The notes under the pieces: generated by a model
Database searches by the model: none
What the model was told of the DNA's origin: nothing
Seen by the model: only the letters and a program-made list of their open reading frames with translations
NCBI GenBank assembly: GCA_964451345.1
Contig: CAYVHQ010000004.1
Location: 1-40,739, forward strand
DNA: 40,739 bases
Direction: 5' to 3'
Source: an uncultured Gammaproteobacteria bacterium
GTDB lineage: Bacteria; Patescibacteriota; Patescibacteriia; Patescibacteriales; Patescibacteriaceae
In this document: positions 19,028 through 28,441 of the stretch, one piece after another
Layout of the letters: every line of letters starts with the position of its first letter
Numbering within the stretch: the stretch's first letter is position 1
Program-made: the position numbers and the translations under genes

Positions 19028-19388
19028 AACATGTTCCCAGATTCACTATGGTGTGAATTTTCCCGTCCTTTTCGCGGGGGTTTATAAACTGGGTTTGTAA
19101 AGGTACAAAAAAGCTCCTGTAGGGAGCTAATGGTTGAGTTATGAGATTAAACAACGCAAATATCAGCCCCTTACATAAGAGAAGCCGAAATAAAAGATTG
19201 AAGTGTTAGTCCGGAATTGCATAACAAAGATATTACTACATAATATAGAAAATGTCTAGATGTGAAAAAATTAAAAACCAGATACCGCTCAAAAACAGCT
19301 CTTCAAATTTGTTTTTGTTTATAGTAAAAGCTATGTATACTTATACTGAGACTAATTTATAAGATTGTTCAGTATTTTCCCCAAAATT

Positions 19389-19898
19389 ATGCAAATAATC
19401 ACTATTTATAATAACGAAAAAGTATCAGAAGAAGAGCTCGTTTCTTTTCATCATAGACAAAAGACTCGAGGTGTTATTTTTGATGACAAACACAATATAG
19501 CCCTCCTTCACATAGAATCAAAAGGCTACTACAATCTCCCAGGCGGCGGCGTAGAGAAGGGCGAAGATACGCGCCAGGGCCTCATCCGAGAATGCCGGGA
19601 AGAGATCGGCTGCGATATTGAAATAACCACTGTGTTAGGCAAGACACTCGAATACCGCAAAGAAACCAACATCATAAATGAATCTTACGGCTATATAGGA
19701 ACCGTCAAAGGGCAGAAAGGAGATCGGATACTGATGGGCGATGAGAATGAGGCGGAAAGAAATTGCGTTATTGTCTGGGTCTCTTTGACCGAAGCAATAC
19801 GGCTTATGGAGAATACGCCTCCGCCCAAACGCTTATACAGCCAATATATTCTGGCCCGCGATTTGGCCTTCTTGAAAAAAGCTCAGGAAATTATTTAA
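19389..19898 (+). CDS. NUDIX hydrolase
   Basis: Nudix box PGGGVEKGEDTRQGLIRECREEIG. Confidence 0.92.
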   Translation: MQIITIYNNEKVSEEELVSFHHRQKTRGVIFDDKHNIALLHIESKGYYNLPGGGVEKGEDTRQGLIRECREEIGCDIEITTVLGKTLEYRKETNIINESYGYIGTVKGQKGDRILMGDENEAERNCVIVWVSLTEAIRLMENTPPPKRLYSQYILARDLAFLKKAQEII

Positions 19899-21751
19899 TC
19901 CTTCTTAATCGATTTCCACTCTTCTTCCAGCTTTTCCCATTCAGCGCGGTTATCAAGGATAAAGCGGTGGATTCTTTGGATGCGGTCCTGCAAGGCGTAG
20001 TCGAATTTAGCATTGCCATGCGGTCCTTCTTTGTGGGCCGCCTCGTGTACGTAGGTATGAAGGGCATCGGAAAGGGGCTGGTCGAACGACTCACGCGACA
20101 TCCAATAATACAGAGAATTGTACTGCCCGGCCAACGCGCTCTGTTCTTCCTTGGCGCTAAAGATCCAGACGTCCTTCAGTTCGTCCTCAGGAAGCTCTAA
20201 TAAGCGCGAAGCCTTCTTAAGAATGGCGATCTTCTGCTCCTCCCCGGGCCGCGTCTCGACCCGGCTATGCGCCTGCCAAACCCTAAATTGGTCCATCGCT
20301 CCCTTCATGCCGATTTTTTTCATATATCCGCGGCAGAATTTGAAGCCTTGGCTCTTCAGCGCGTCGCGAATCCAGTCTGCTCCCTGCGGCACATCGCTGG
20401 CAACGTATTCATTTTCAAATTCCAGGGTCGTCTTGCTTTGCGCTAATTTGTTGACCATTTGCTCTAATAATTCATCACTCACTGAATAGATATCTATATG
20501 CGGCCAGAGCGGCTTAAAATCGTAGACAGATTTTTTCAGGTCAGCTTCCGTCATGGAAGAGATGATCAAAGGCAGCACGTCTTTTGTCATCTCTTGGCGG
20601 GTGATCATACCCCGGTCTCTGTCCTTTGGCTGAATTTTTCTCCAGGTCCAAACATTTAAATCGCTGATATTTTCCCACTTGTCCCGAGTATCATAATGAA
20701 TCCGCTGCCCAGCCAAGTAAACATTACCCTTGCTGTGATTATCCCAGAATGATGCCTTTTCGTTTAATGGCAAAATCTGAAAACCGCCGCTGCTCTTATC
20801 ATTAAAACTGGGATTATAAAAGTCCGGGTTTTCGCTGCTATAAAACAGCTCTTTCGCCTTCTCAAATAATTTAAGCTTTTCCTCGGCTTCATCGCCCTCG
20901 AAAACTATTTCCAGATAATTGCCTATCTCGTCTTTCCGTCGACCCTTCTTGGCATACAATCCCTGGATCGATTTTCGGTAGGCTTCAGAATTCACGTCAT
21001 CAAAATAATAGTCTATCTCCCAGTCGCGCGAGGCGGCCTTAACCCGCTTGGCGCCATGTTCCTTAAGCAGCACGAAGGCGGCGATCTTCAAACCTTCCCC
21101 GAAACCGCCGACAGACGTATCAGAATCGGTTTTCGTGGTCCCGCCGAAATGGATAAGCTCGCGCCAATCATAATCCTGCGGTGCCTCGAACCGAACCTTG
21201 CCGACTTTCTTTTCTCCTTCCTTGGTCGCTACTTCTTCAATACTAGTATTTATACTTACTCCGTCCAGCGTTTGGCCGTTAGCGTCAAAAAAATTCTGCA
21301 ACGCGTCCCGGCTCACTTTTTCCAAATCCCAGTTCACGCCATATGTTTCCAAGAGATTTAGATAATGCCCTTTCTCGACCTGCTTTTCAAAGCTTGTGCC
21401 GTCGATATTATTTTTCAAAAGCTTGGCAACATTCCTATTGGCCCGGGAATCCTTCCCGAGAAAGCTTAAGGTTCGGAACGTGCCTTCGCCGAGCGTCTGA
21501 TCGACTAATTTTGCCAAGCCCAAAGCCTCGCTGTCACTGCCTATGGAGTTAATGTATGCTTCCGCCAGCTGGGGTGTTGCGAACATATCCTTATGGCGTT
21601 CGCTTAACTGAAGGGCTAAGGACTGACGAATTGTATTATCGGCCTTGAGCCGTTCGGCAATACCCACAAGCTGTCCGGTTTCCTCAGAAGCAGACTCTGT
21701 CTTCGGTGACTGGCCACCGGCTTCGGTTCTAAACATCTTAAAAAGATTCAT
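19895..21751 (-). CDS. GHKL-like ATPase domain plus C-terminal HExxH protein
   Basis: RDALQNFFDA (N-box), GGTTK...VGGFGEGLK (G-box), YVHEAAH..GPH. Confidence 0.65.
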   Translation of the reverse strand: MNLFKMFRTEAGGQSPKTESASEETGQLVGIAERLKADNTIRQSLALQLSERHKDMFATPQLAEAYINSIGSDSEALGLAKLVDQTLGEGTFRTLSFLGKDSRANRNVAKLLKNNIDGTSFEKQVEKGHYLNLLETYGVNWDLEKVSRDALQNFFDANGQTLDGVSINTSIEEVATKEGEKKVGKVRFEAPQDYDWRELIHFGGTTKTDSDTSVGGFGEGLKIAAFVLLKEHGAKRVKAASRDWEIDYYFDDVNSEAYRKSIQGLYAKKGRRKDEIGNYLEIVFEGDEAEEKLKLFEKAKELFYSSENPDFYNPSFNDKSSGGFQILPLNEKASFWDNHSKGNVYLAGQRIHYDTRDKWENISDLNVWTWRKIQPKDRDRGMITRQEMTKDVLPLIISSMTEADLKKSVYDFKPLWPHIDIYSVSDELLEQMVNKLAQSKTTLEFENEYVASDVPQGADWIRDALKSQGFKFCRGYMKKIGMKGAMDQFRVWQAHSRVETRPGEEQKIAILKKASRLLELPEDELKDVWIFSAKEEQSALAGQYNSLYYWMSRESFDQPLSDALHTYVHEAAHKEGPHGNAKFDYALQDRIQRIHRFILDNRAEWEKLEEEWKSIKKD

Positions 21752-21847
21752 AAGAAGGGTTTTACGCAGTTCTTAAAGCTATTTAAATAGTAGGACTTTT
21801 TCTCACATTCTACAACCCGAACCCGCCTTGGCCGAAGTTCATTGTCG

Positions 21848-21884
21848 GAAAATTCAGGCCCAGAAGGCCTGTTTTTTCTTTTAC
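21848..21884 (+). repeat. Last copy of the junction hairpin, upstream of alaS
   Basis: GAAAATTCAGGCCCAGAAGGCCTGTTTTTTCTTT, one mismatch to 9258-9291. Confidence 0.85.
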
Positions 21885-22015
21885 GTAAAGCCAAGAAACC
21901 TCAATACCATTGATTTACAAAACAACTCAACTTCGTTATTATACTAACAAGACACTAGGCATTATTGATATATCAAATAGTTGCCCTATTGGAAATTAAT
22001 GACCGCACAACCACT

Positions 22016-23935
22016 ATGAAAGGACATGAATTACGAGAAAAATACCTGGAATTTTTTAAATCCAAGGGGCATACCATTATCCCTTCAGCCTCTTTGATTC
22101 CCGAAAATGACCCAACAACGCTCTTTACCAGCTCTGGCATGCAGCCTATGGTGCCATTTTTACTAGGTGAAAAGCACCCCATGGGAACCAGAATCGTTGA
22201 TTCACAGAAATGTTTTCGGGCTGTAGATATTGAAGAGATTGGTGACAACCGACATACCACCATGTTTGAGATGCTGGGAAACTGGTCGCTGGGCGATTAT
22301 TTTAAAAAAGAACAGATTACCTGGATGTTCGAATTTTTAACGAAAGAAGTGGGGCTTGATCCCCGGAATCTGTACGTTACTGTTTTTACCGGCGATGAAG
22401 CGTTGAACATCCCTCGCGATACCGAAGCGGCGCAAATCTGGCAGGGGTTATTCCAAGAAGCGGGCATTGATTCTGAGGTGATTGATTTGTCAGAGAAAAA
22501 CGGGATGCAAAACGGCCGGATTTTTTATTACGGCGTCGAGAAAAATTGGTGGTCCCGTTCCGGCGTTCCGAACAACATGCCTTTGGGCGAGCCGGGCGGT
22601 CCGGATAGCGAGATGTTCTGGGATTTCGGACTGGAGCTGAAATTGCATGAACATTCCGAATTCAAAGATCAGCCCTGCCATGTGAACTGCGATTGCGGAC
22701 GATTTTTAGAAATCGGCAACAACGTTTTCATGCAATACGTAAAAACCGAAAAGGGTTTTGAAGTTTTGCCTAAGGGAAATATTGACTTCGGCGGCGGCCT
22801 GGAAAGAGTGTTAGCCGCCCAGAATGGCGATCCGGATATCTTCAAGACCGACCTGTTCCAGCCGATTATCGAAAAAATCGAGGAGCTGTCAGGCAAGACA
22901 TACGACGAAGCGTCGAGTATTTTTGCCATGCGCGTCATCACCGATCATTTGAAAGCGGCTACATTTTTAATGGCCGACGGAGTCGTGCCGAGCAACACGC
23001 AGCAGGGCTATGTGTTGCGCCGTTTGATTCGCCGCGCTATCCGTTACGGGCACTTACTGGGAATAACTGATAATTTTACGGGCTTAATTTCCGGAGTAGT
23101 TATTGAGCTCTATAAAAATAAATACTCGATTTTGGAGGAACATAGCCGCCTGATTTTTGATGAATTGGAAAAAGAAGAAAATAAATTCAGGAAAACGCTC
23201 ATTAAAGGACTAGAGATGCTTAATAAAACAATTAACAACCTCTCGGAGATCATGCCGGAAGGAGCGGATAAATCTGATAATACTCAGGCATTCGCCAAAA
23301 GAATCTTCGATTTGTTCCAAACGCACGGATTCCCTCTGGAATTAATTTTGGAGGAATTACAGAATAAAAATTTCAAAGAATTTGGCAAAGATGAAATTAT
23401 TAAAATCTTTAATGAAGAGTTCAAAAAACATCAAACGCTTTCCCGGACCGCTTCCGCCGGATTATTCAAAGGAGGCCTAGCGGACACGAGTCTTGAAACC
23501 ACAAAGCTGCATACCGCCGCCCATTTAATGCTCGCCGGCCTGCGAAAGATTTTAGGGGACGGCATTTTCCAGAAAGGCTCAAATATCACCGCCGAAAGAC
23601 TTCGGTTTGATTTTCTGCATAATGAAAAAATGACTGATGAGCAAATAAAAGCCGTAGAACAATATGTAAATGAAGCTATTTCAGCTGATGCGACAGTTCG
23701 CCGCGAAGAAATGCCGCTAAGCGAAGCAAAAATAAGTGGCGCGATGGGCATCTTTGATGCGAAGTATGGCGACATAGTAACCGTCTATACTATTGAAAAG
23801 GACGGCGCACTGTTTAGCAAGGAAATTTGCGGTGGACCGCATGTCGACCACACCGGCATTATGGGACACTTTAAGATTCAGAAAGAAGAATCATCTTCGG
23901 CTGGCGTCAGAAGAATTAAGGCGATTTTAGAATAA
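22016..23935 (+). CDS. alaS: Alanine--tRNA ligase, short form lacking C-Ala
   Basis: DPTTLFTSSGMQP, HTTMFEMLGNWSLGDYFK, IDFGGGLER, editing motifs HTAAH and CGGPH; ends at GVRRIKAILE. Confidence 0.98.
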   Translation: MKGHELREKYLEFFKSKGHTIIPSASLIPENDPTTLFTSSGMQPMVPFLLGEKHPMGTRIVDSQKCFRAVDIEEIGDNRHTTMFEMLGNWSLGDYFKKEQITWMFEFLTKEVGLDPRNLYVTVFTGDEALNIPRDTEAAQIWQGLFQEAGIDSEVIDLSEKNGMQNGRIFYYGVEKNWWSRSGVPNNMPLGEPGGPDSEMFWDFGLELKLHEHSEFKDQPCHVNCDCGRFLEIGNNVFMQYVKTEKGFEVLPKGNIDFGGGLERVLAAQNGDPDIFKTDLFQPIIEKIEELSGKTYDEASSIFAMRVITDHLKAATFLMADGVVPSNTQQGYVLRRLIRRAIRYGHLLGITDNFTGLISGVVIELYKNKYSILEEHSRLIFDELEKEENKFRKTLIKGLEMLNKTINNLSEIMPEGADKSDNTQAFAKRIFDLFQTHGFPLELILEELQNKNFKEFGKDEIIKIFNEEFKKHQTLSRTASAGLFKGGLADTSLETTKLHTAAHLMLAGLRKILGDGIFQKGSNITAERLRFDFLHNEKMTDEQIKAVEQYVNEAISADATVRREEMPLSEAKISGAMGIFDAKYGDIVTVYTIEKDGALFSKEICGGPHVDHTGIMGHFKIQKEESSSAGVRRIKAILE

Positions 23936-23953
23936 TTAATGTGGCATGTTTCC

Positions 23954-23990
23954 ACATAAAAAGAGCGGCACTGTTCCGCTCTTTTTATGT
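23954..23990. terminator. Bidirectional terminator
   Basis: ACATAAAAAGAGCGG-CACTGTT-CCGCTCTTTTTATGT perfect inverted repeat between convergent genes. Confidence 0.9.
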
Positions 23991-24056
23991 ATTTGAAAAG
24001 GCATAGCGCTGATGGCGCCATGCCTTTCCTTGACCTCTTTTCTTCCGGATGGCTTA

Positions 24057-25655
24057 CTACTGCAAAAGTTTTTTCCAGTCCGCCTCTGTCTTTGGCAGAG
24101 CACGGTTAGCCTTCTTGAACTTAACGACTAATTCAAAGCGCTGACGGGCGCTGAGCTTTTCCGTACGAGGTGTGCCATAAACGATGAAGTTATTAATGGC
24201 GTATTTTTCCGAAATTGTCGCGCCATTCTGGCCGCTCAAGGGAAGTGTATAGGAATTAAATGCCCATTCCATGTCCTTATTGCTGCGCATGCGCTTGCGA
24301 TATGTCAGGAACTTTCCTAAATCTTTGCCGCTCGACACAATGGCCTGCGCTTCACTGTCATTATTTGATGAAGCGGGTCCGGTAACTTCGGGCGTTTGAG
24401 TTGAGGTTGGCGCAGACGTCTGCGGACCAAAGGTCGAAGACGGCCTGGATTGAATATAAATCTTGTCACTATTACTACCTTCCGTAACACGAGGCAATGG
24501 ATAGGCAAAGGTCAGCTCCGGCTTAAGCAGAATGAAATAGCCGTCGCCGCTCACGTCAGCGGTCAGCTTCAGAGTCTTATTATCGCCATTCCTGAAGGTC
24601 AGTGGCGAAGCCAGATTCACCGTATATTCATAGCCATTTCCGCCTAGCGGCCAGTTGTAGGTACTGCCGATCAGCGTATTGCCGTCATATAATTTAATAT
24701 TAAACATGTTTATCCCCTCAGTCTTGTACATCGAAAGCTTGATTTTTTGAACGGTGAGAGGTTCATCAACCGAGACTGGCGGCTGAAAGACATCGAGCTT
24801 AGCCTTCAGGGAAAGGTTGGCGAGGGTAACCTTATTACCGGCCATGACCGGATTAACCGGCAGGCGATAAGACATGTCGAGCACCTTGTTATTGAATCTA
24901 GCTTCGTTGCCGATAACCGTCAAAGTGCGGGTAAAGGTATTATTGCTTTCGTCCGTCTCGGCAATCGTATTATCAGGATCAATCGTCGAAACGACTTCAT
25001 AGGTGCCGGATGGCCACGGATTGCCTGGCGCCAAAACCTCCATCGACGTACTGAAATACGGAATAGTGGCAGTATACGAAAGATTCAAACTCGGAACGCT
25101 TACTTTTACCTTTGGATTCGCGCTAGGCGGCGTGGAGGCAAAAATGTTCATTCGCAGCTTATCGGTTTGACCCGGCGTAGGATCAGTAAAGACATTGTCG
25201 ATTCGCAAATCGGTCTGAGTCTCTACTGGGTCAACATGTTTATAAGGATTTTGGATACAATTCCCGGCATCGCCCTCAATCGTAAAATTTAACTGAGCCT
25301 CGTTGTTATTCTCGTTCGATTCGCGAATTATATTTTCGCTATCAACCATAAAGCGGCCCTCGTATTCGCCCGGGCACATCATGAATGAAACCGGATTCTG
25401 CATGCAAGCCGAAATACGCTGGAAAAACTCCTGGCCCGTAGTTCGGTTGGTAAACTTTACTTCATAATTACGATACCCAGCAAAACAGCCGCCGTTTAAA
25501 TAAACGCCGACTTCCTTCATGTCTGGCTCTCCCATAACGGGCATTACCTGGACTCCACTAATTGATAAATCAGGACTGGCCGCTTGCACCTTCGGGCCAA
25601 CTACTCCAGACAAGCACATGATTCCTGCCAGAAAAAAGATGTGAATCTTTCTCAT
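24057..25655 (-). CDS. Secreted CARDB-repeat surface protein
   Basis: Signal peptide (VQA-A), PDL...VDSENIIRESNENNN and IDPDNTIAETDESNN, Ser/Thr linker, C-terminal NFIVYGT domain. Confidence 0.85.
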   Translation of the reverse strand: MRKIHIFFLAGIMCLSGVVGPKVQAASPDLSISGVQVMPVMGEPDMKEVGVYLNGGCFAGYRNYEVKFTNRTTGQEFFQRISACMQNPVSFMMCPGEYEGRFMVDSENIIRESNENNNEAQLNFTIEGDAGNCIQNPYKHVDPVETQTDLRIDNVFTDPTPGQTDKLRMNIFASTPPSANPKVKVSVPSLNLSYTATIPYFSTSMEVLAPGNPWPSGTYEVVSTIDPDNTIAETDESNNTFTRTLTVIGNEARFNNKVLDMSYRLPVNPVMAGNKVTLANLSLKAKLDVFQPPVSVDEPLTVQKIKLSMYKTEGINMFNIKLYDGNTLIGSTYNWPLGGNGYEYTVNLASPLTFRNGDNKTLKLTADVSGDGYFILLKPELTFAYPLPRVTEGSNSDKIYIQSRPSSTFGPQTSAPTSTQTPEVTGPASSNNDSEAQAIVSSGKDLGKFLTYRKRMRSNKDMEWAFNSYTLPLSGQNGATISEKYAINNFIVYGTPRTEKLSARQRFELVVKFKKANRALPKTEADWKKLLQ

Positions 25656-25776
25656 AAAGTATCATTAATATGAATATTCCTTAATAATAGCACATATTTC
25701 GTCAAAAGTCAATAGAAATATATCAAGAATTGCTACATTTTCGGGATGGCAGGGTGCGGTGCTATACTTATGGCAT

Positions 25777-26466
25777 ATGAACATCCACGAAAAATTTCCC
25801 GGATCACCTTCAGGCAAAGATTCTTTGCCCAAAGAATCAATCAGCCGGATTTTCTATCTCAAGGATAAGAGAATACCCTTCGTGCATCAAGAAACGCCCG
25901 CCAACTGCGGCCCTTTGGCGATTGCCAACGGCCTGCAAGCGCTTAAAAATATCCAGCCGAAGCTACGGATTCCGGATTCCTTCGCTGTAAGCTCGGCCGG
26001 GATCAGAAAATTACTGGCGTCAGACCCTGATTTAAAGAATACTCTTCATGGCTTTCCCAACGCCACAGATATCGCTAAGGACAATTATGTCTTGAACACG
26101 CTTCATATCTCAAATATCCTGGAAAGGCTCGCCTCGGAAACAAATATTGAAATTACCGGAAACCGCTTCTCGCTCGCTGGTATTCCCTCGAACAAAGTGA
26201 CTGATACGATTAAAAACTCTGACATGCTGATCCGTAACAAGGATTTTCACTACGTCAGCTTCGCCCGGCTCGATGAACAGGATTGGGTAAATCTTGATTC
26301 TATGGCCACGGCGCCGAGCATAGTTAGCCAGCAATCCTTAGAGAATGACTTTCAGGATGTTGGAAAAGTTCATACAATTTTCATGGGTCTTAAAGTGACT
26401 GATCCTCAGATAATCATTACGCCAAAAGCCAGGCCGGAGATTATTATAACGAAGAAGAAGAATTAA
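25777..26466 (+). CDS. Papain-fold cysteine peptidase-like protein (UCH/Josephin-like motifs)
   Basis: HQETPANCGPLAIAN...FHYVSF...WVNLDSM..P gives a Q-C-H-D arrangement. Confidence 0.65.
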   Translation: MNIHEKFPGSPSGKDSLPKESISRIFYLKDKRIPFVHQETPANCGPLAIANGLQALKNIQPKLRIPDSFAVSSAGIRKLLASDPDLKNTLHGFPNATDIAKDNYVLNTLHISNILERLASETNIEITGNRFSLAGIPSNKVTDTIKNSDMLIRNKDFHYVSFARLDEQDWVNLDSMATAPSIVSQQSLENDFQDVGKVHTIFMGLKVTDPQIIITPKARPEIIITKKKN

Positions 26467-26560
26467 AAAAAGATGGCCATGTCTGACCATCTTACATATC
26501 TATATCTTACTAATTCATAAACCACGCCTGCGGGTATATTTTCCGTATTTTCTTTATTCC

Positions 26561-27415
26561 TTAATCAAGCAATACCTCGTGACCCTTGCGGACGGCGACG
26601 AAATTCTGGTAACCAAAAATCTCAAATACGCTCAGGTAATCAAAAGGGACAAAGCCGCCCGGCAAAGACCGGAAAAGGGAATAATCTTTAAGTAATTCTT
26701 GAAAATCGCGCAAGAAGGTGCGGCTGATAATATTCATCTCATTAAACTCAAATTGAATAACAATAATTGCCCCACTGGCCAGCATGTGCCTGGCGCCATG
26801 CAAGACATCCAACTCGCTGCCTTCCGTATCAATCTTCAGCAAACTAATCGTCTCAAGCGAGTGGGTTGAGCAATACTCATCGATGGTCTGTCGCTCTACT
26901 TCTATTTCCTTCGCCATACCATGGTGAACGTCTTCGATGACCGCCTGATAGAGGCTGGCATGTGCCGATCCGCCTGAATTCTCATAATCATAAAAAGAAA
27001 CTTTTCCGTTCGTAGCGCCCAGCGCGGCATTGACCGCCCGGAAGTTTTGATGCCCGGACCGAAGCAGTTCGAGCTTCTTGAACGAATCGGGATGCGGCTC
27101 AAAGGCATGGAGCTGTGCTTCCGGAAAAGCCTGTAAAATCAGGGTACTATATTCGCCGATATGAGCTCCCACATCCATGATAAGAGAGCGTGGGTCTAAC
27201 TTGAGAATTTTACCTACCAGCCGTCTTTCGCTCTCAGCTACGGCCGGTCCGCTATTTAACACACCAATTCCCCGCAGAGACATCAGAAAAAGCCGCCGGT
27301 TCAGCGGATAGAAAATGGGGCGACAAAACAAAGCTTGATACATCCCCACTAGCAACTCTTTCCAGCGAGGGCGCGCCGGAACGGAATGATGGGCGGACAG
27401 CATAGGGTCAATCAT
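26561..27415 (-). CDS. FkbM family methyltransferase
   Basis: MDVGAHIGEY, AFEPHP, LLKIDTEGSELDVLHGA, IQFEF. Confidence 0.93.
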   Translation of the reverse strand: MIDPMLSAHHSVPARPRWKELLVGMYQALFCRPIFYPLNRRLFLMSLRGIGVLNSGPAVAESERRLVGKILKLDPRSLIMDVGAHIGEYSTLILQAFPEAQLHAFEPHPDSFKKLELLRSGHQNFRAVNAALGATNGKVSFYDYENSGGSAHASLYQAVIEDVHHGMAKEIEVERQTIDEYCSTHSLETISLLKIDTEGSELDVLHGARHMLASGAIIVIQFEFNEMNIISRTFLRDFQELLKDYSLFRSLPGGFVPFDYLSVFEIFGYQNFVAVRKGHEVLLD

Positions 27416-27522
27416 ATGTCCCTCAGTATATACTAAGTGTCCGGCAATTCAAACTGCCGGCCAGCGGCAGCGGAACTGGCGATTTATTGCTATACTAGGA
27501 ATAGCTTACTTTATCTCATCCT

Positions 27523-27975
27523 ATGGAAACTGCTCGCATCGCCAAGCGCATTGAAATACGTGCCACGCCCGAACAGGTTTTCGCTCTTATTAGCGATCCC
27601 ACATCTTTTACCGCGCTTCTTCCGGGGCTCATCGGCATCACCAACATCAGCCCGCTTCCCTTGGAAAAAGGATCCGGTTTCGACTACAAATATCGAATGG
27701 CCGGTACGGAGATTGCCGGAACCTGGAGCGTTGACGAAATACAGTCGCCCCGCCTTTATCGAAGCCACACCAAGGGCCTGAGCGAGAGCCGTTGGACGCA
27801 AGAGGTTTCCCCTAGCGCCGAGGGTTCGCTCTACACCCTAACCATCGACTACGCCATACCGGATGGCCTGGTTCGGCATCTGGTCGCCGAGACAATTATC
27901 GCCGCCAATGATCGCGATATGGATGAAATGATTACTAACCTGAAAAAAGCGCTGGAACGCGCCAATCATTCCTAA
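27523..27975 (+). CDS. SRPBCC (START-like) family protein
   Basis: IEIRATPEQVFALISDP...LTIDY...NLKKALE. Confidence 0.85.
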   Translation: METARIAKRIEIRATPEQVFALISDPTSFTALLPGLIGITNISPLPLEKGSGFDYKYRMAGTEIAGTWSVDEIQSPRLYRSHTKGLSESRWTQEVSPSAEGSLYTLTIDYAIPDGLVRHLVAETIIAANDRDMDEMITNLKKALERANHS

Positions 27976-27980
27976 GCCAT

Positions 27981-28439
27981 ATGCCACAGAAGGAAGTAAG
28001 AAAAAAAGGCATTTTTGACCGGCTGGAAGACGTCTGTCGCGGTCGTCTCAGTCATTTCCCGATTCCCTACGGCTTTATTGGCGGTATTGGCATCGTACTT
28101 TTCTGGCGCGGAGTATGGCACTCGGCGGACTATGCTATGTTATTGGTACGAGTTAATACCGGCCTTTCAACCACCGATTTAGCGCATGAGATTTGGTGGG
28201 ACGGGCCTTTGTCGTTCATTGTTGGCAGCCTTCTCCTGCTTATTACCGGACTTTTTGTCTCTAATTTTATTGGTAACGAAATTATCATGTCGGGATTACG
28301 CGGCGAAAAAAAGCTTTCTGAAAAAACTGAAACTGAAGTCCGTACCGAAGTCGGCGCCATCGCTGAAATTCGCGAAGAAATCAGAGCGCTTAATGCTAAG
28401 TCCGCACCGAAGCCGGTTAAGCGCCGCCAACTGCGCTAA
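27981..28439 (+). CDS. Conserved hypothetical two-TM protein
   Basis: GGIGIVLFWRGVWH, C-terminal coiled coil. Confidence 0.8.
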   Translation: MPQKEVRKKGIFDRLEDVCRGRLSHFPIPYGFIGGIGIVLFWRGVWHSADYAMLLVRVNTGLSTTDLAHEIWWDGPLSFIVGSLLLLITGLFVSNFIGNEIIMSGLRGEKKLSEKTETEVRTEVGAIAEIREEIRALNAKSAPKPVKRRQLR

Positions 28440-28441
28440 AA

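Larger units (their letters stand above)
5972..21884. mobile_element. tRNA-His-anchored accessory island / array of small gene cassettes
   Basis: AT-richer than the flanks, unrelated genes in mixed orientation, recurrent 33-bp junction repeat plus homologous hairpins. Right boundary is approximate. Confidence 0.75.
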
